From Azolla caroliniana (taxonomy: Eukaryota > Plantae > Polypodiophyta): a stretch of DNA of 64,000 nt. The stretch covers positions 36,332,001-36,396,000 of the forward strand of contig JBHGNT010000001.1 in NCBI GenBank assembly GCA_043228905.1, given 5' to 3'. The translations under genes were made by a program, and so were the position numbers. The notes beneath the pieces are model-generated. The model saw nothing but the letters and a program-made list of their open reading frames with translations. It was not told the DNA's origin and ran no database searches. Positions 37,783-51,300 of the stretch are shown here, piece by piece; position 1 is the stretch's first letter; every line of letters starts with the position of its first letter.

Positions 37783-40700
37783 ATGGCTGCCCATTGGACA
37801 CAGAGGACCATCGCCCTCCCTCCTTACAAGAGAGGCTGTCATCTCGTCACTCACAAGGTGCATGTTTCCTGTCTCTCTCTCTCTCTCTCATACAGCTTTT
37901 TTTGATGTTTCGATCGAATCGATTGAAGAGTCTGAAAATGAGGTTTTTTGTTCCTTTGGTCGAATTTTCTATGCATCATCAAGTGCTTGTTTAAGAATTA
38001 GCGTTTGCGTTTTTTTGATCAAATGTTCTGTGCATCATCATGTGAATACTTATTTTATGCATATATCTTTCTTATTACCACAAAAAACAGTGAATAAACT
38101 TGTCGTATTAGTATAAAAAACGAAGTAAATAAATTTTCCATTAAGAGGATCCATAAATATGCAAAAATCATTTGTTATTCGCTATGGCATGCTTTTATAT
38201 ATAGAGTTCATCAAGTCTATCATTCCCAACCAGTTTTCAGAAACAAAAAATTCTTTATTAACTGGCGTGGTTTCCTTTTCATGCATCAGATAATAGGAAA
38301 TTAGAATCGGGGACAAATCATGTATATTTTGAGACATAGCAAGGATTTAAAGAATGGATCAAAATGTTGAATAACAGGAGGAAGCAGGTTGTCCATAATG
38401 CAATCTAAATCTAGCCAAGAAAAACAAACTCAATTTATGAGCTAGAAATCATAGTGTAACTTGTAAGTAATGAGTGATTTGTAAAAAGGTGGTTTTGTTT
38501 GTTGAAATTTCCATATCGGAGAAAGTATAGTTTCATGAAATTTTATGAGATTGTAGCAGTACACCTACTGGTAAAACACACACACACACACAGAGGCAGG
38601 TGATAATTGGACATATGCTTTCTTTGCGATATTCTTTCTCATTGGCTACCTTGGTTGTACCATTGCGTGGTTAATGTCTGGGAATATGATGATTCTTCCA
38701 TTGGCATGGAAGGTTTCTCTTATACATCCATACATCTTGGCATTCGGTGAATCACTCACATGTGCATCACGGGACTTGCAATTTACTACTGTTGATTGCA
38801 CAAAATCCAATTTTCATATTGCAATAGTTCATCTATATACCTATATGTTCTCTGAAGAGTACCTCACCATTTACTCATTGAGTACACCCCTCACACTCCT
38901 CTCCATGTTGGTAATGCGCAATACAATGTAGTTGGACTGGATAGAATCATTTAAGACTTTGGCCTCAAGATACCATGCACTGCCCAATATGATGTTTGAT
39001 GGGTCTCGAGAACATATTCACTTGTGGATACTCACTATTCTCTAACAGTATACTAGGTAATGTGCAATACAATATAGTTGGGCTTGATAGAATCATTGAA
39101 GACTTTGGCCTCAAGACACCATGAACTGTCCAATATGATGTTCGATGGCCCTCGAGAACATAGTCACTTGTGATACTCACTGTTCTCTAATACTAGTGAC
39201 ACATTCAACCATTTTCATGTCACGTTTTGCTTTATTGGCCCTGATTGCATCTCTATATGTGATCTTTCTTTTCTCCTCAGGCTGTCAGATTTCTATGTTT
39301 TCATGGGATGGGCATTGCCTCTCTCCAATAGAGCTTGCTCTTTGCTGGGTGATTACAACAAAGCTTACATCTTTGAAAGGAATGGCACGCTATATAAAGA
39401 TGTGAATAAACCTTGTATAATGAGCAATTTGCTTGGGACTGTTTGATCATGCCAATACCATTTTTGGCACACTCTTGAAAAGGGGTCCTCATAGTCCAAT
39501 GGTTGCAGTTCAACTCATTTTTGTAACATTAATATGTAGAACCCTTCTTTCTTGAGATTATGGTGTATTTGAAGAGATCTTTCCTGAAAAGAGAGAGTGA
39601 GGGAAAGAATGGCATCATCAAGCTAATTTTATGAAGGGCTGGATAGTCCATTGATTAAATATATGGCTGAAAGTGGTTTCTGGTTCCTGGGCTGAGACAA
39701 TATAAGAAAAATAAAATGAAATGAATATTATATTAATATCTTCAAAAGACCAAAGTGGTAAATGAGACTAATCGAATCTTATGTAAAGCTGCTCATGGTA
39801 TCAAGGCCTGTTAATGTTGTCTATGGAGCTTCTGTTTTTTTGCTTGCAAACTAGCATGAAGCATAATATATCTACTATTGAGAAAGTACTGAAATCAATT
39901 GGTTTTGTTCTCCATGCATATAATTAGCTCTGTTTTGATGGCGCTCAATTGGTTTTGTTCATTCTCTCTCCCTCTCCCTCTCCCCTTGGAAGGAGTAAAA
40001 GAGATCTAGATGCTTTAGAGTCATTTTGTACAAACAAAGATTTGTCTGTAAATCTTCACAAAACTGAGGTGATGGTAAATCATTCAAGTATGGGTAACAA
40101 GATCAGAACTGGAATTTGTTTTTGGTAAGTAAAAGGTGCTATACATACGATCCTACACATTCATAGGAATAACATTCAAAGGGTCATGGTTCACCCTAAA
40201 AGAGGCTACTTGTGCTTGAATTTCTCATGGATATGATGTGCAGCCCTTGGTGCCCTTGAAAACACATACTGGTAAGATGGATTTATCAGCATGCTATCTT
40301 AAGTTGAGGTACTTGCACACAAGTAACAAAAACAAGGCTGCTTGTATTTTCCAATATTGATCCAAACTTTCTGCATTACAACACGGCACCCTTTACCATA
40401 ATAAAACACCAAGATAAAGCTTGAAAAAGTAACGTACCTAGAATTAATGTAGGACTCACTTCAAATGCATCTATGAAGAAAGATAATAAAAGTTTAACAT
40501 CATTTAGTTGCTGCAGTGCCTTTACATGTTGAGCCATGGAAATCCAGTTCAACATTAGATCAGCTGAACCTAATTCACCTCACTTAGTTAACTTCTAATG
40601 ATGCACGTAATGAAATATAATGAGGAGATACAATAGGTAATCAAAGACCAAACTTCAATAATGGTCTGTTTTTTAATTTTTAATTTGTAAGTTTTACTTG

Positions 40701-42081
40701 TTTGTTTCTTCTCCAGATTCTCGAAGGTATTGAAAGTGATCTTTCAGGAATCAAGTGCGGCCTTGCCCATTTCTTTTGTGAGTTTCCTATATTTGCAGAT
40801 AAAACTGTAATAACGTTTGACAATGCATATGTGTATATCTGTGCGTTGTGTGTATACATGTGTGCCATAAAGCTTGTGATTATATCATATAACTTATATT
40901 TGTACATATCTATTCAGGATTATAAGAGATTATTTATGTTATTTGAGCAATGATATGGAATTTTACCCTGATCCATTATTATATTAGTGCAAGATGAATC
41001 AAATATATGATTACACTATAGAGTGTGACTCAGAGTTTTTGCCTATCCGTTTTTGTGAGCAGATGTGCTTGACAATTCAAATATATATTATTAAATGCGC
41101 AAGCAAACATGTTCTCAATCAGTCTATCATTTATACTTTATGGGATTTGTTGACACAAATAAAAAGCATGTTTAAATCTGCAGTACAACATACAAGTGCT
41201 TCTTTGACTATCAATGAGAACTATGATGCTGATGTTCAAGCAGACACGGAGACATTCTTGAATAGGATTGTACCTGAGGTTCTTAATGCTACTTATTATT
41301 TTTGCTATCTTTCCTGAATGTTAAAACACGTCTAACTAATTTTTACTTATAGGGAAAAAGTGCTCCTTGGAGGCATACCTTAGAAGGTAAATTTCCAATA
41401 CTTTACGTAACGTTATGAGATCCAGGTTTGAATAATGGTAAACTTGGAATTTGGAAACACACTCAGGTTGGGGTATTCTAAGGTTTTCTGTGGAAAATGA
41501 GGGTATTTTGGTAAAAAACATTTCTAAGATAGTTTCTTGTGTGTATGTAAGCATTGAACAATTTATTATCTTTTTCTCAGGACCTGATGATATGCCAGCA
41601 CACATTAAGTCCTCGATGTTTGGATGTTCACTAACGTATACCTTCTTGAAAACTTTGTGATTCTGTTTCCTGGTTTTTATTGAGGTTTTATGGTATTCGT
41701 TCAGTTGTTTTCTCTTTAGATACACTGTCTTTGATGTGTGAACACTGAATGTATGTCTGAAGTACAAATCTCTGTGTTTATTTTGAAAGGATTCCGATAA
41801 CCAATGGACAGCTCAATCTTGGGACATGGCAGGTTGTTCCTTGCCTTCTTCTTTCCTCGTTGCCTATAGATGTTCTATTTTCAATGTATAATGAGCATTA
41901 TAACAATCATTGAAAGTAATTTTTGTTAGATTTATTGTATCACAACATTTTTTTTCTCATATCTGAATGTGTAGCTTTCGCAATCATCAAATTTTCCTTT
42001 CAGGGAATATGGCTGTGTGAACATAGAGATCATGCAGGTTCTCGTAAAGTCGTCATTACCATGACAGGGGCTCAAGCATAG
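37783..42081 (+). CDS. UPF0047 / YjbQ family protein (secondary thiamine-phosphate synthase-like)
   Basis: Exons 37783-37857, 40717-40777, 41184-41278, 41353-41386, 41581-41635, 41790-41832, 42004-42081 splice in frame: RGCHLVT, QHTSASLTINENYD.DV, PWRHTLEGPDDMPAHIKSSMFG, LNLGTWQGIWLCEHR. Confidence 0.93.
38910..39196. repeat. Tandem duplication, two copies of ~146 bp, in YjbQ intron 1
   Basis: ggtaatg.gcaatacaat.tagttgg...gatactcact.ttctctaa repeated from ~38910 and ~39056. Confidence 0.9.
39984..40260 (+). mobile_element. LINE reverse-transcriptase C-terminal fragment
   Basis: Reads LEGVKRDLDALESFCTNKDLSVNLHKTEVMV and VWVTRSELEF..SYTFIGITF, the typical post-YADD L..FC....L.VN..KT.VM / Y.YLG region. 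Confidence 0.75.
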
Positions 42082-43126
42082 GTTCTGTGCTTTTAGTTCT
42101 ATGAACCTTTTTGAATAATATATTGTTGAGAAGTATACAAGGGAACTTCTTTTCTTCTAAGTTCCTCCATTACAAGGAAACATTTAGTAATCATCCGAGT
42201 ATATATCTAATATAGCATATTTACACATGTGATTTCCAATTTATGTCTTGGTCTATTGTCAGTCAATGCATGGTGATCCTAGAGAGTGAATTCCATCACA
42301 CTATTTCTATAATAATGTGGATGGGGTGTCGATTCGATGAATACTTGATATGTGATTGAAATTCAGAAAATGAAAGAGTGACGCTTTTATATATGCATTT
42401 GAATGAAGTGAATACACATTATGCTCTCAGCAATGTAGGGGATTGTCAAAAGGACTACGGAGAGTATTATCATGGAAATTTTGATGGATTGGTGCAACAA
42501 AAGGATACATATGAATTTGGTCTTAGAAGACATTAATATATCTTTCTTTCTTTTTTTTCTAAGATGCCAAAATATTGATATTACAGATGTATTTATTTAT
42601 AGATGTTAAGAGTAGTTGTCATAGAAAGTAAGTATAATAATGAAGACATTCAAAATCAATTTCTATTTTGGGTGTAAGGCAATCGATTTTTTTGTTTTTT
42701 TTCGGGAACGAATCTCTAAAGCATAATAATGAAGATATACAAAATAATATTTGTTTTGGGCATAAGGCAACGCTTTTCTCCCATATCATGATATGTTAGC
42801 GTTGCAAAAAGGCCATCATGATGCAAGTGTGTTGCATTCCATCTTCCAAACCAAATTTCCATATTTTGTATATATAACTGAAACATAAAAAAATGTTTTT
42901 ATGTGCCTTTTGGATTTGTTTGCTTGCTTCGCATATGATTCTAGGAAGTTAATGGGAGGGACTTTTTGAACCTTAAGCACAACCTTTTCCACGTCCATGA
43001 TCTCAATTGAGGGGGATCCCATTTTAGTTAGTAGGAGGTTGCGTGTGGTTTGTTTCTTGGCTTGGAGAAACTTTATGAGAAAATACTTTTGCTAAATTTT
43101 CTATATAAATAAATATTAGAGAATAA

Positions 43127-44204
43127 TGTTGAAAGGCACATTGATTTATATATTTTTTGTATATGTCCCAACAAGCTCCCATTATATAACCATATATTCT
43201 TGGTCAAACCCATAAAGAGAGGAAATATATGAAGAAATGGGCACATGATCAAGGAGGATGCGCTTGACCAATGGTATTTTATTTTGTCAACACCCCTCAA
43301 TTGAAAACTTGTGATGAACCGGGCACATGGTCAAGGGGAGATGTATTGACCAAGGGACACACCCTTCCATTAAAAACTTGAAGGGAGGATAAATGAAAAT
43401 ATTAGGGCATGCATGTGATAAAGTGAATAACTCGGGGGGAAACACAAGAAGAGGAGGGATTGAGAAGGAGGATGAAGGAGAATGCAAGGCAATATATGAT
43501 GTGAGATATCGAGGAAAGCACAGAGGAGCATGTGGCTAAGTAAAAGAAGAAGGGGGGGGGGGGGGGGGGGGATTCATGTAGACAAGGGGAACTTGTGAGG
43601 AGGATTAAAGGAGATGCCCCTATGGTCTCCCGCCCATGGGACTAAACACTTGCGGCCCAATGAACCGAAACCTATGGAGGGCATCAATGATGTGGTGAAG
43701 GAAATATGATGTGAGCTATCAAGTAAAAGCACACATTCGGCCAGCCCAACCGAACCTATCATCATTGACATCCCGTGAGAAGGAAAAGGGGGGCATGGGG
43801 CTAGGGGAGGGGCATGATATGAAATAAAAGGAAATCTGTGTGGAGGGGCATGCGTGCGAAATAAAGGAAAACCCTGCAGGAGACCTTCGGCATTCCACCC
43901 TTGCTTGCTTGGTTCATGGCGGGGGTTACTGAGTGCCGCGTCTCCCTCTGCACATCCTCTCCTCCTCCATTTCACGTTCTCTCCCCTCACAAGACTCTCA
44001 GAGAAGAAAAGCATAAATACAGAAACAACCCATCTTTTTCTGCCTTCACGCATTCTACAAATTAGAGGAAGAGAAGATAGGGGGGCATCTAATTTCAATG
44101 CATTATCTCTGTGTTCTTTCAAGCCCTACTCTCTTTCAAAGACAACCATTGTAACTTTGTCTGTGTGTTTTTCAGAGTCGACCTTCACGATTCCCATATC
44201 AACA
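43127..44204. mobile_element. LTR-derived segment (candidate solo LTR)
   Basis: Begins TGTTGA (43127) and ends TCAACA (44204), flanked by AATAA/AATTA (4/5 TSD match). GC-richer than the flanks, with an internal G20 run at 43552-43571. A minus-strand PPT+TGTTGA at 43292 makes the internal structure ambiguous. Confidence 0.5.
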
Positions 44205-45316
44205 AATTATCTTTTCCTTCAACGAATAGAGAGAAAAGAAGACAGCAATCACGTTGAGCTTACCACCAGTATCAGAGAAAGAGGATATTTCAGTGCCAAC
44301 ACATCTTCTTCAGAGACCCAGTGTATATGCCTCTCTGCTCTCAAAATTGAAAATTTCTTTTGTGAGAATTATCCCCAGTGATCTTTTTCTTCTTCGCTTC
44401 CTCCAAAAATGCATGAGAGACAAACCTAAAAACAGTCTATACATATGACAACGTAACTGTCTGACATGAAACCAAACCTAAAACAAGACCTATATTTTAA
44501 AAGCAAGACCTTTTATTTATGTCAGATAATCTTTTTATTAACTTTCCTAATTCTAACTTAAAAGTTGACGACTCCCCATGTTCTCCTTCTCCTCTCTGAT
44601 TCATCTTGGCAAGGGAGAGAAGTTCAAATGGGAAGGCCCCCCCCGCACATGCTCATGTAGGACCCCACGTGAGGATAGAGAGCCTGAACATAATTGCGAG
44701 GTAGTTTTTGTGCTTACCACAGACTGATAATTTTTTTGAAGTGACGGATGATATCTCAGGCCATATATCGTATGATGAATGTAACATCTACTGTCAAAGA
44801 TAATAGCATTCTTGAAATTTGGGATGTTCTTGTAAGAGAAAACCACCCTAAAATTCATGTCTATTCTTAACCTGTAGGATTTGGTTGCTAATCTCTCTAT
44901 TGAATCACAATGTTTGGGACTGTTGTATAAATTTAGTAATGGGATATTGTTTCACCAAATGTGTACTCGTATAGTATGTTATAAGTCTAAAATTACAACC
45001 AATACTCAGTACTATCTCACTCTGTACATAACCTTGTACCCGTTACACATTGCGAGGCACATCATAAATGTTTCCTATTCTCAAATGCAGCATTTACTGT
45101 GTGAATAGTTCGAGCTATTTGCTTCTGTTCATTTTTGCAGTGTTTTGCATATAAGCATAAATCTGTTCAAGTATCTTTGCCATCTTTTTGAAGATACTAG
45201 ATTTTAAGTATGGAGTATTATTGTCCTGGTTCTTTTGCAGAGATTAACTTGCTAATCGATCTAGTTTAATAGTGTGACATACAAGGAAACTGACTAAACT
45301 TTCTATAAAAAAGAAT

Positions 45317-48300
45317 ATGGGGGCATGCGTTTCGAGAATAGAAGGAGGGATGGATGCAGTTGGAGGTATTCAGGATCAAAAGTTCAATGAAGGAGATGCT
45401 TTAGAGGCTGTACAGATGCTTTACGGTGCCAATGGTTTGTCATCACAACTAGAAGTAAGCATCTCTTGTCCTTAAATGAATGCATATTGCTTGCATGAGA
45501 ATTGCTTGAAGAGCATGAAAGAAACTATTATGCTGTCACGATATTTTGATCTAGCCAAACATATCTATCACTGGCCAACTCTGGACATAGCTACAAATAA
45601 TCACGAGGAATTAGACTTGTGGAATGCTCTACCATGCACTTGAAAGCTGAACTCATGAAGCACTCATTGACAAGGGCAATGATCAAAATAATGAACACCA
45701 CAAATTTATATATACATTAGGCAACGTCAACCAAAAAGGAATGCCTAAGTATTGACTTACTATGTAACCACGAAGTTCTAGAATACGTCAGGGTACAACG
45801 TACACAACCACAAAGAAATGATTAAACATCGATTAAGTTTGGATATCGTAAAAGAGATTAGAGGCTAGACTTTGCTAGAAACTCTGTGACTTCTTTGTAC
45901 ATTTATGAACATTTGGGGGTTACACACAACTGCCTCCATGTGTGATATTTATATGTGTTGACATACGGATTCATTGGGAGTTTGTAAGGCAGTTTGCAGC
46001 AAGTCAATGATCATCCTGAAGAGTAAATCGAAATATTGTTGCGTGAAGTTTGGAGAGCAAAGCATGAGTTAGATCACACATTTTGTAAGATACTGACTTT
46101 TGTGGTAACACATGGTAATGTTTATTCGGAGTATCTGAGCTCCTCTTATTCAATGTGTTCTGTTCCATGATGACTCCTTTCTTAGAAAACCCAGCTAATA
46201 TGCATCATGATGGGTTTCTTTGATTGTGCATTCTTTTTTATGTGTTCCTTCTTTCTTTTTGATAAATACACATGGTTTCCTGATTATTTTTTTCTGTTTG
46301 AAAGTTATCACTGTCTGCCTCAAAGCTGCGTGACAGAGACATATTGTCAAAGGTAGGGTTCTCTAAAAAGTCACACTAATAATACGACTATATTGCATTG
46401 AGGTTTTCAGAAGAACTTGTTCAGAGTCTCTGTAAACTCATTTGGAAGAGATTTGCTGAATGTACAGAGTGATCCTATGGCTGTTGTCTATCTTAAAATG
46501 AAAAATGGAACTTTAGAGGAGCTTGGCAGAACGGAAGTCTGCTTAAACTCTTTGAGTCCTAGTTGGGTTACAAAGGTCCGAGTTTTGTACTCTTTCGAGG
46601 AGCATCGGGTGTTGTTGTACGTGACATAAACATGTCTGCCTTTATGGGACAGATGCACTTGATTTCATTTTCTTACATTTTTTTTTTGTTTACTACAGGT
46701 TCAGAATTTATGATGTAGATACAAACTTCAAGGACGTTCCAACTAAGGTGATAAGTGGTACCACTACTCGCCAAATATATAAAATAATATTTACATGATA
46801 GTTATTATGTTTACAAGTCAGGCTTGGTTTTCTCACATGATTCACTTAATAATTTGGAAGTTTTGAGACTGAGACTCTATCAACTATTTAGACTTAAAAC
46901 CTAGAACTAGTGATGGTTGCAGCATGATAAGGATGCAGATGACCAGCTGCCGGAGCACACTGCTATCTGAGTTGTAATAAATAGATCGCACCCAAACTTG
47001 GATCTATCATCTTGATCATTAGCAGAATCAAATGAGCCACAGTAGGTTTTATATGCCCATAGTTGTGTCTTGATCTTGTACACAATATGGATGTATTATG
47101 GTACATGTCACTCAGGCATGCATATTGAAGCATTGATATCTGAGTCATAACACCATTAATCCCTCTTCTATTGCATTTGTAGAGTTGAGTTGAGTGAACC
47201 ACAGAATGATCTATATGTGCATAGATGCACATAGTTGTCCTTAATCTTGCATTTGCAAATGACTTATGATACAAGATACTCTAATTTCCAAGATTCATAA
47301 ACATCATTGATCTTTATTAGAGGTTAAACCTGGTCTATGAGACAAAATTGGTCTTGCATGTGTATGTATCCGGGAGATAAACTAAACACTTAATACAAAA
47401 ATTAAGGGTAAATAGTGAATTTGTAGTGTGAGGGTGAAACAACAAACATGGGGAAAGGGTGGTTGAAAACTAGGATATCATAGGATTTTCTATATGTGTC
47501 AAATACAATGATGAGATTCAATTCAAGAGGACCCATCATATTTTGTTCAACTTGTATTGATGTGAAGAGGTCTGACTGTACTGCCTCTAGGTTTAAGTAG
47601 AAGCGTGCAGTTAGGATCACCCTAATGTCTCATTGGTGCAGACATGGTGCTTGATATCCGGGAACTCTAGTTTACTACCAAGCCAGAGCATCGCTGCTTG
47701 CATGAGGTTGACCTCTTTGTGCCAAGATAGTAAATTTGTCGATATTTTAAAGAACTCTGCAACCTGGAACTGGCTCCCTCCTCTCTGGATTCTGACTGTG
47801 AGAGTGTTTCTTTGTGCCTTTGTATCTCTAAGAGCAAGTGCCCAAATTGGCACTAGTCTGCGGCTTCCACAATTGTCTGAGTGAAATGTCTCTCATATCA
47901 TGGGTGATTTTTTCAAAACACTTTTATATGGACGTCTATGATACCCTTGCTCTTAATCTTTCATAAAGAGATTTTTTATACATGAGAAATCATCTCTCAT
48001 ACTTTCTTGAGTGGCAGAATGCTACGGGTGTGCAACAATGAAGAAAGCTTTTTGAGGTAGTGGATGCCAAGATTAGCCAGAGAGGTATTTGTATTTGTTT
48101 TACTCTTTTTGGTGACATTTTGAAGAGAGTTTTCTGGTGTTTGGAAAGTCAACTCCCTTGAATACTTGTATATTCTAGATGTCATCTATTTTAGAAGACC
48201 ATGACATTTAGGGGCGTATCTTGTGCTTTAGTTTCTTAAAAAGAGTTCTAATGTACTGAGATCCATGCCAAATATCAAAAGTATGTCTAGTATTGATGAA

Positions 48301-51300
48301 AGAAAAGGAGTTCTGGGGTAAATGAGTCTTCAAACTGTTGTTTTTCTAACAACATAGAAGAAGATAGGCCTAAGAAACTGTGGATTTTCTTTCTATTGCA
48401 GTTCCTCGGATTTGATGCTAGTAGTTTTCGTCAAACTAAAGAGAGTGGTGTTTTGAGTATAAGAGAAGCAAGGCTCATGCTTAGGCGTAGCTGTGAGTGA
48501 GGGTGAGACTTCGTAAAGACCAATGGTTATAACCTTAAAGAGATTCATTTTGATACTTTGTTATAACCAAGAAATCATGAAGTGGGAAGATTAGTCATTA
48601 CAATCAAGAACTCATCAAGTGGGAAGGCCAATCGTTAATTAAAGTGTTCACATGTGTAAAAAGCCTCTCTACCCAGGTGAAACCTGAACCCAGGTGCCCA
48701 TGAAACATGTGCTCACACCAAATCTCTTAAAAAAATGGTCAAGTACAACTGTTTGATCAAGTGAATAATTTCGTATAGATATTTTGTGAGGATGGTTACT
48801 TAGTAGAAGATGGGCTATATTTTTACTTAGCTCAAAATGTAAGATTTTGTACAAATCTCAGGTTGTTAATAATGTATGCCTTCTCATTTCAGGATATTTT
48901 GCTTTCTCGACAACAGTTTCTTGGGGAAATGGAGTGTGTTCTATCCCAGGTATTGTAAACATTTGAAGAGATAAGATTCTATATGTAAGAGAAATTTAAG
49001 AGGGCACAATGTAGATAATGAAATATGATAGACAAAGGTATTTCAAATAGTTCTCGATGGAGAAGAATGGTTGAGATTTAGTTCACACTCACTGGAAAAT
49101 AACTTTGTTAACAGAATCTCTCTTTTAGTATCAAATGTAAGATATAATCCTTTTTATACTTTGTGCAATATTGAAAATTGATATAATCATCGTGAGGAAG
49201 TTGAACACAACTTCATTTATGTTTAAAATTGGCTTTGTAATTTGTTTCTCTGCAAAATTGCTTTATTAATTATTTCTGATGTTTGCTGGGAGTTCAGAAG
49301 GATTGTATCATTGATTCCCAGCAACAATTTCTAATGGCTAACCCATTGCTTGCTGGAAATTCACAAGAATTCTATCTTTGACTCCCGACAACAAGAATTC
49401 ACAAGAGAGCTTCTGTGAGTAGTTGTCTTTATATCTGTAAATGAGCAACTAGTTTTGCATCCGCTTAGACTTCTGTACTTCAGGCAGGGAGGTTTCATTT
49501 TCCTCTGCCGCTGAACTTTTGGCTTCAATACTTTCTACTCAAACTAGTAATGCTATTGTATCCTTCTTCAAATTAATTTGCACAACATTTTCTTTTTCTT
49601 TTGGGCCTCTATTCAAAGAATCCACAGAAAAAGAGTTGCAAAAGAAAATAAACGTCGTATAAATGGATTTTAATGAGTATTATTGCCCATTTTAGAATAA
49701 ATAGTATTGAAGCCAAAAGTTCAGAGGCAGAAAAGAAGCAGACCTGCTTGCCTAATACAAAAGACTAAAGGAGACTTCAAAATGACTTACTCCTTTACAG
49801 CTATCAAGATAACTTTCTATACGAGGAAGATGTCTCTGTGTAAAAAATCTATAGGATTGTCCATGGGTATCACACATGAATTGGATTCATGAATCACTTG
49901 CTTTCAACTTGATGCATGTCCTATTCATGTGTGTTATAATATTTATCCTTAACTTTCATCATTCATCTCCGATGTTTATTTATAGATTGCAACATTGCAA
50001 TAATCGTGATTTCACATATTTTTACATTAGTTTAGAGGCGCCATTCATTCTAAATAAACTAGATAAATAAATTGTAGAATGGATGTTAGTAGTTGTAGTT
50101 TGCTAGTAATTGTTCCATTGGTGATAGACATTTTATCATAGGCAATCTCAAGCACAATATGCTAGAGTGACATTATTAGAAAACCTTTCTCATCTTTCAC
50201 ATTTCAGATATACAAGTCTAGGTAATTCATGTTAAGTTATAATCACTTGTTGTATCTCATAGAGTCCATTTTACCTTTTAAAAGACATAACTTTCTTTCT
50301 CTCAAAGAGTTGCTGTCATAATCAATATCGTGTTCTAAAGTATAAATGTTGCATACCAAAATTTCTTTACTTCAGTTTTCAAAATATCAGTATCCAGCAG
50401 TGCGCACCCCATGCCACATTCTCCGTCTGGTACATCCTCAGATGGGTTCTTAGATATGCATTTCATACTTGTATACATGATGCATATGATTGGTGAGGTT
50501 TAGAGCACCCATCCTGCCTGTCCTAGACCTCAAAGTCCTTGGTTATGCATAACTTTATAATATCTGTTTATTTATGTTTATCTATTGTATCTTTTCACTT
50601 TTTTCTGGATACCCAAAGAATATACACACTTCTACTTGATTTGTTGGAGAGGCTGGTTCTGAAACTTGAGGACACTTTGGCTGCCACTCTAGGGAGGGAT
50701 GTTGACCATTCTTCTGAGCCATGGATTTCTATGACCAGAGATTTTTGGTGTTGGCTCTATTAGAGATCTATATATTTAGAGACTTTCATGAGTATATGGC
50801 CAGCGGTCTGTACAGACGCAGATTTTAGATTTCTGTAGAAGGCTGTGCACTATGCCTAGAGACATCAGAAAAACCTCAACCAATACCTCATAGGGAAATA
50901 TTTCTCGACTGAGCAGTTCATTGGGCTCACTCCAGGTGGGGTATTTAACCTGGCAAACATAATTGGATTTTAGAAAGAGGTGCATCAAGTGGGGGATAAA
51001 CTATATTACTCTTAATAGATATTAAAATAGGTGAAGTGTTTTGGTGATGGTTGTTCATGTTATGCATTCATGTAGGAAAAAGCGAAAAAAAATTCTGAAA
51101 TAAAGAAAAAATGTATGGTGATTAGAATCAATGCATGCCTGTCATTGCAGATTGCAACATCAGGAGAATGTATAACCAGGGCCTTGCAACCTATGAATGA
51201 CCTGACGATGCAAGCTGGTGGAATGCCTGACCTTGGTGTGCTCACTGTGAAGGCTGAGGAGATAGCCAGCTCGAAATGCATTGTTGTGATCACGGTTGAT

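Noticed and set aside
37783-42081. YjbQ as a recent bacterial horizontal transfer
   Set aside because: It has six spliceosomal introns, and the family is widespread in plants and other eukaryotes.
43574-44381. 182-aa and 175-aa ORFs
   Set aside because: They overlap on opposite strands within a GC-richer LTR-like segment and show no recognisable motifs.
45763-45924. TGTAACC...GGTTACA short element (TRIM or solo LTR)
   Set aside because: No target-site duplication and only 7-bp termini.
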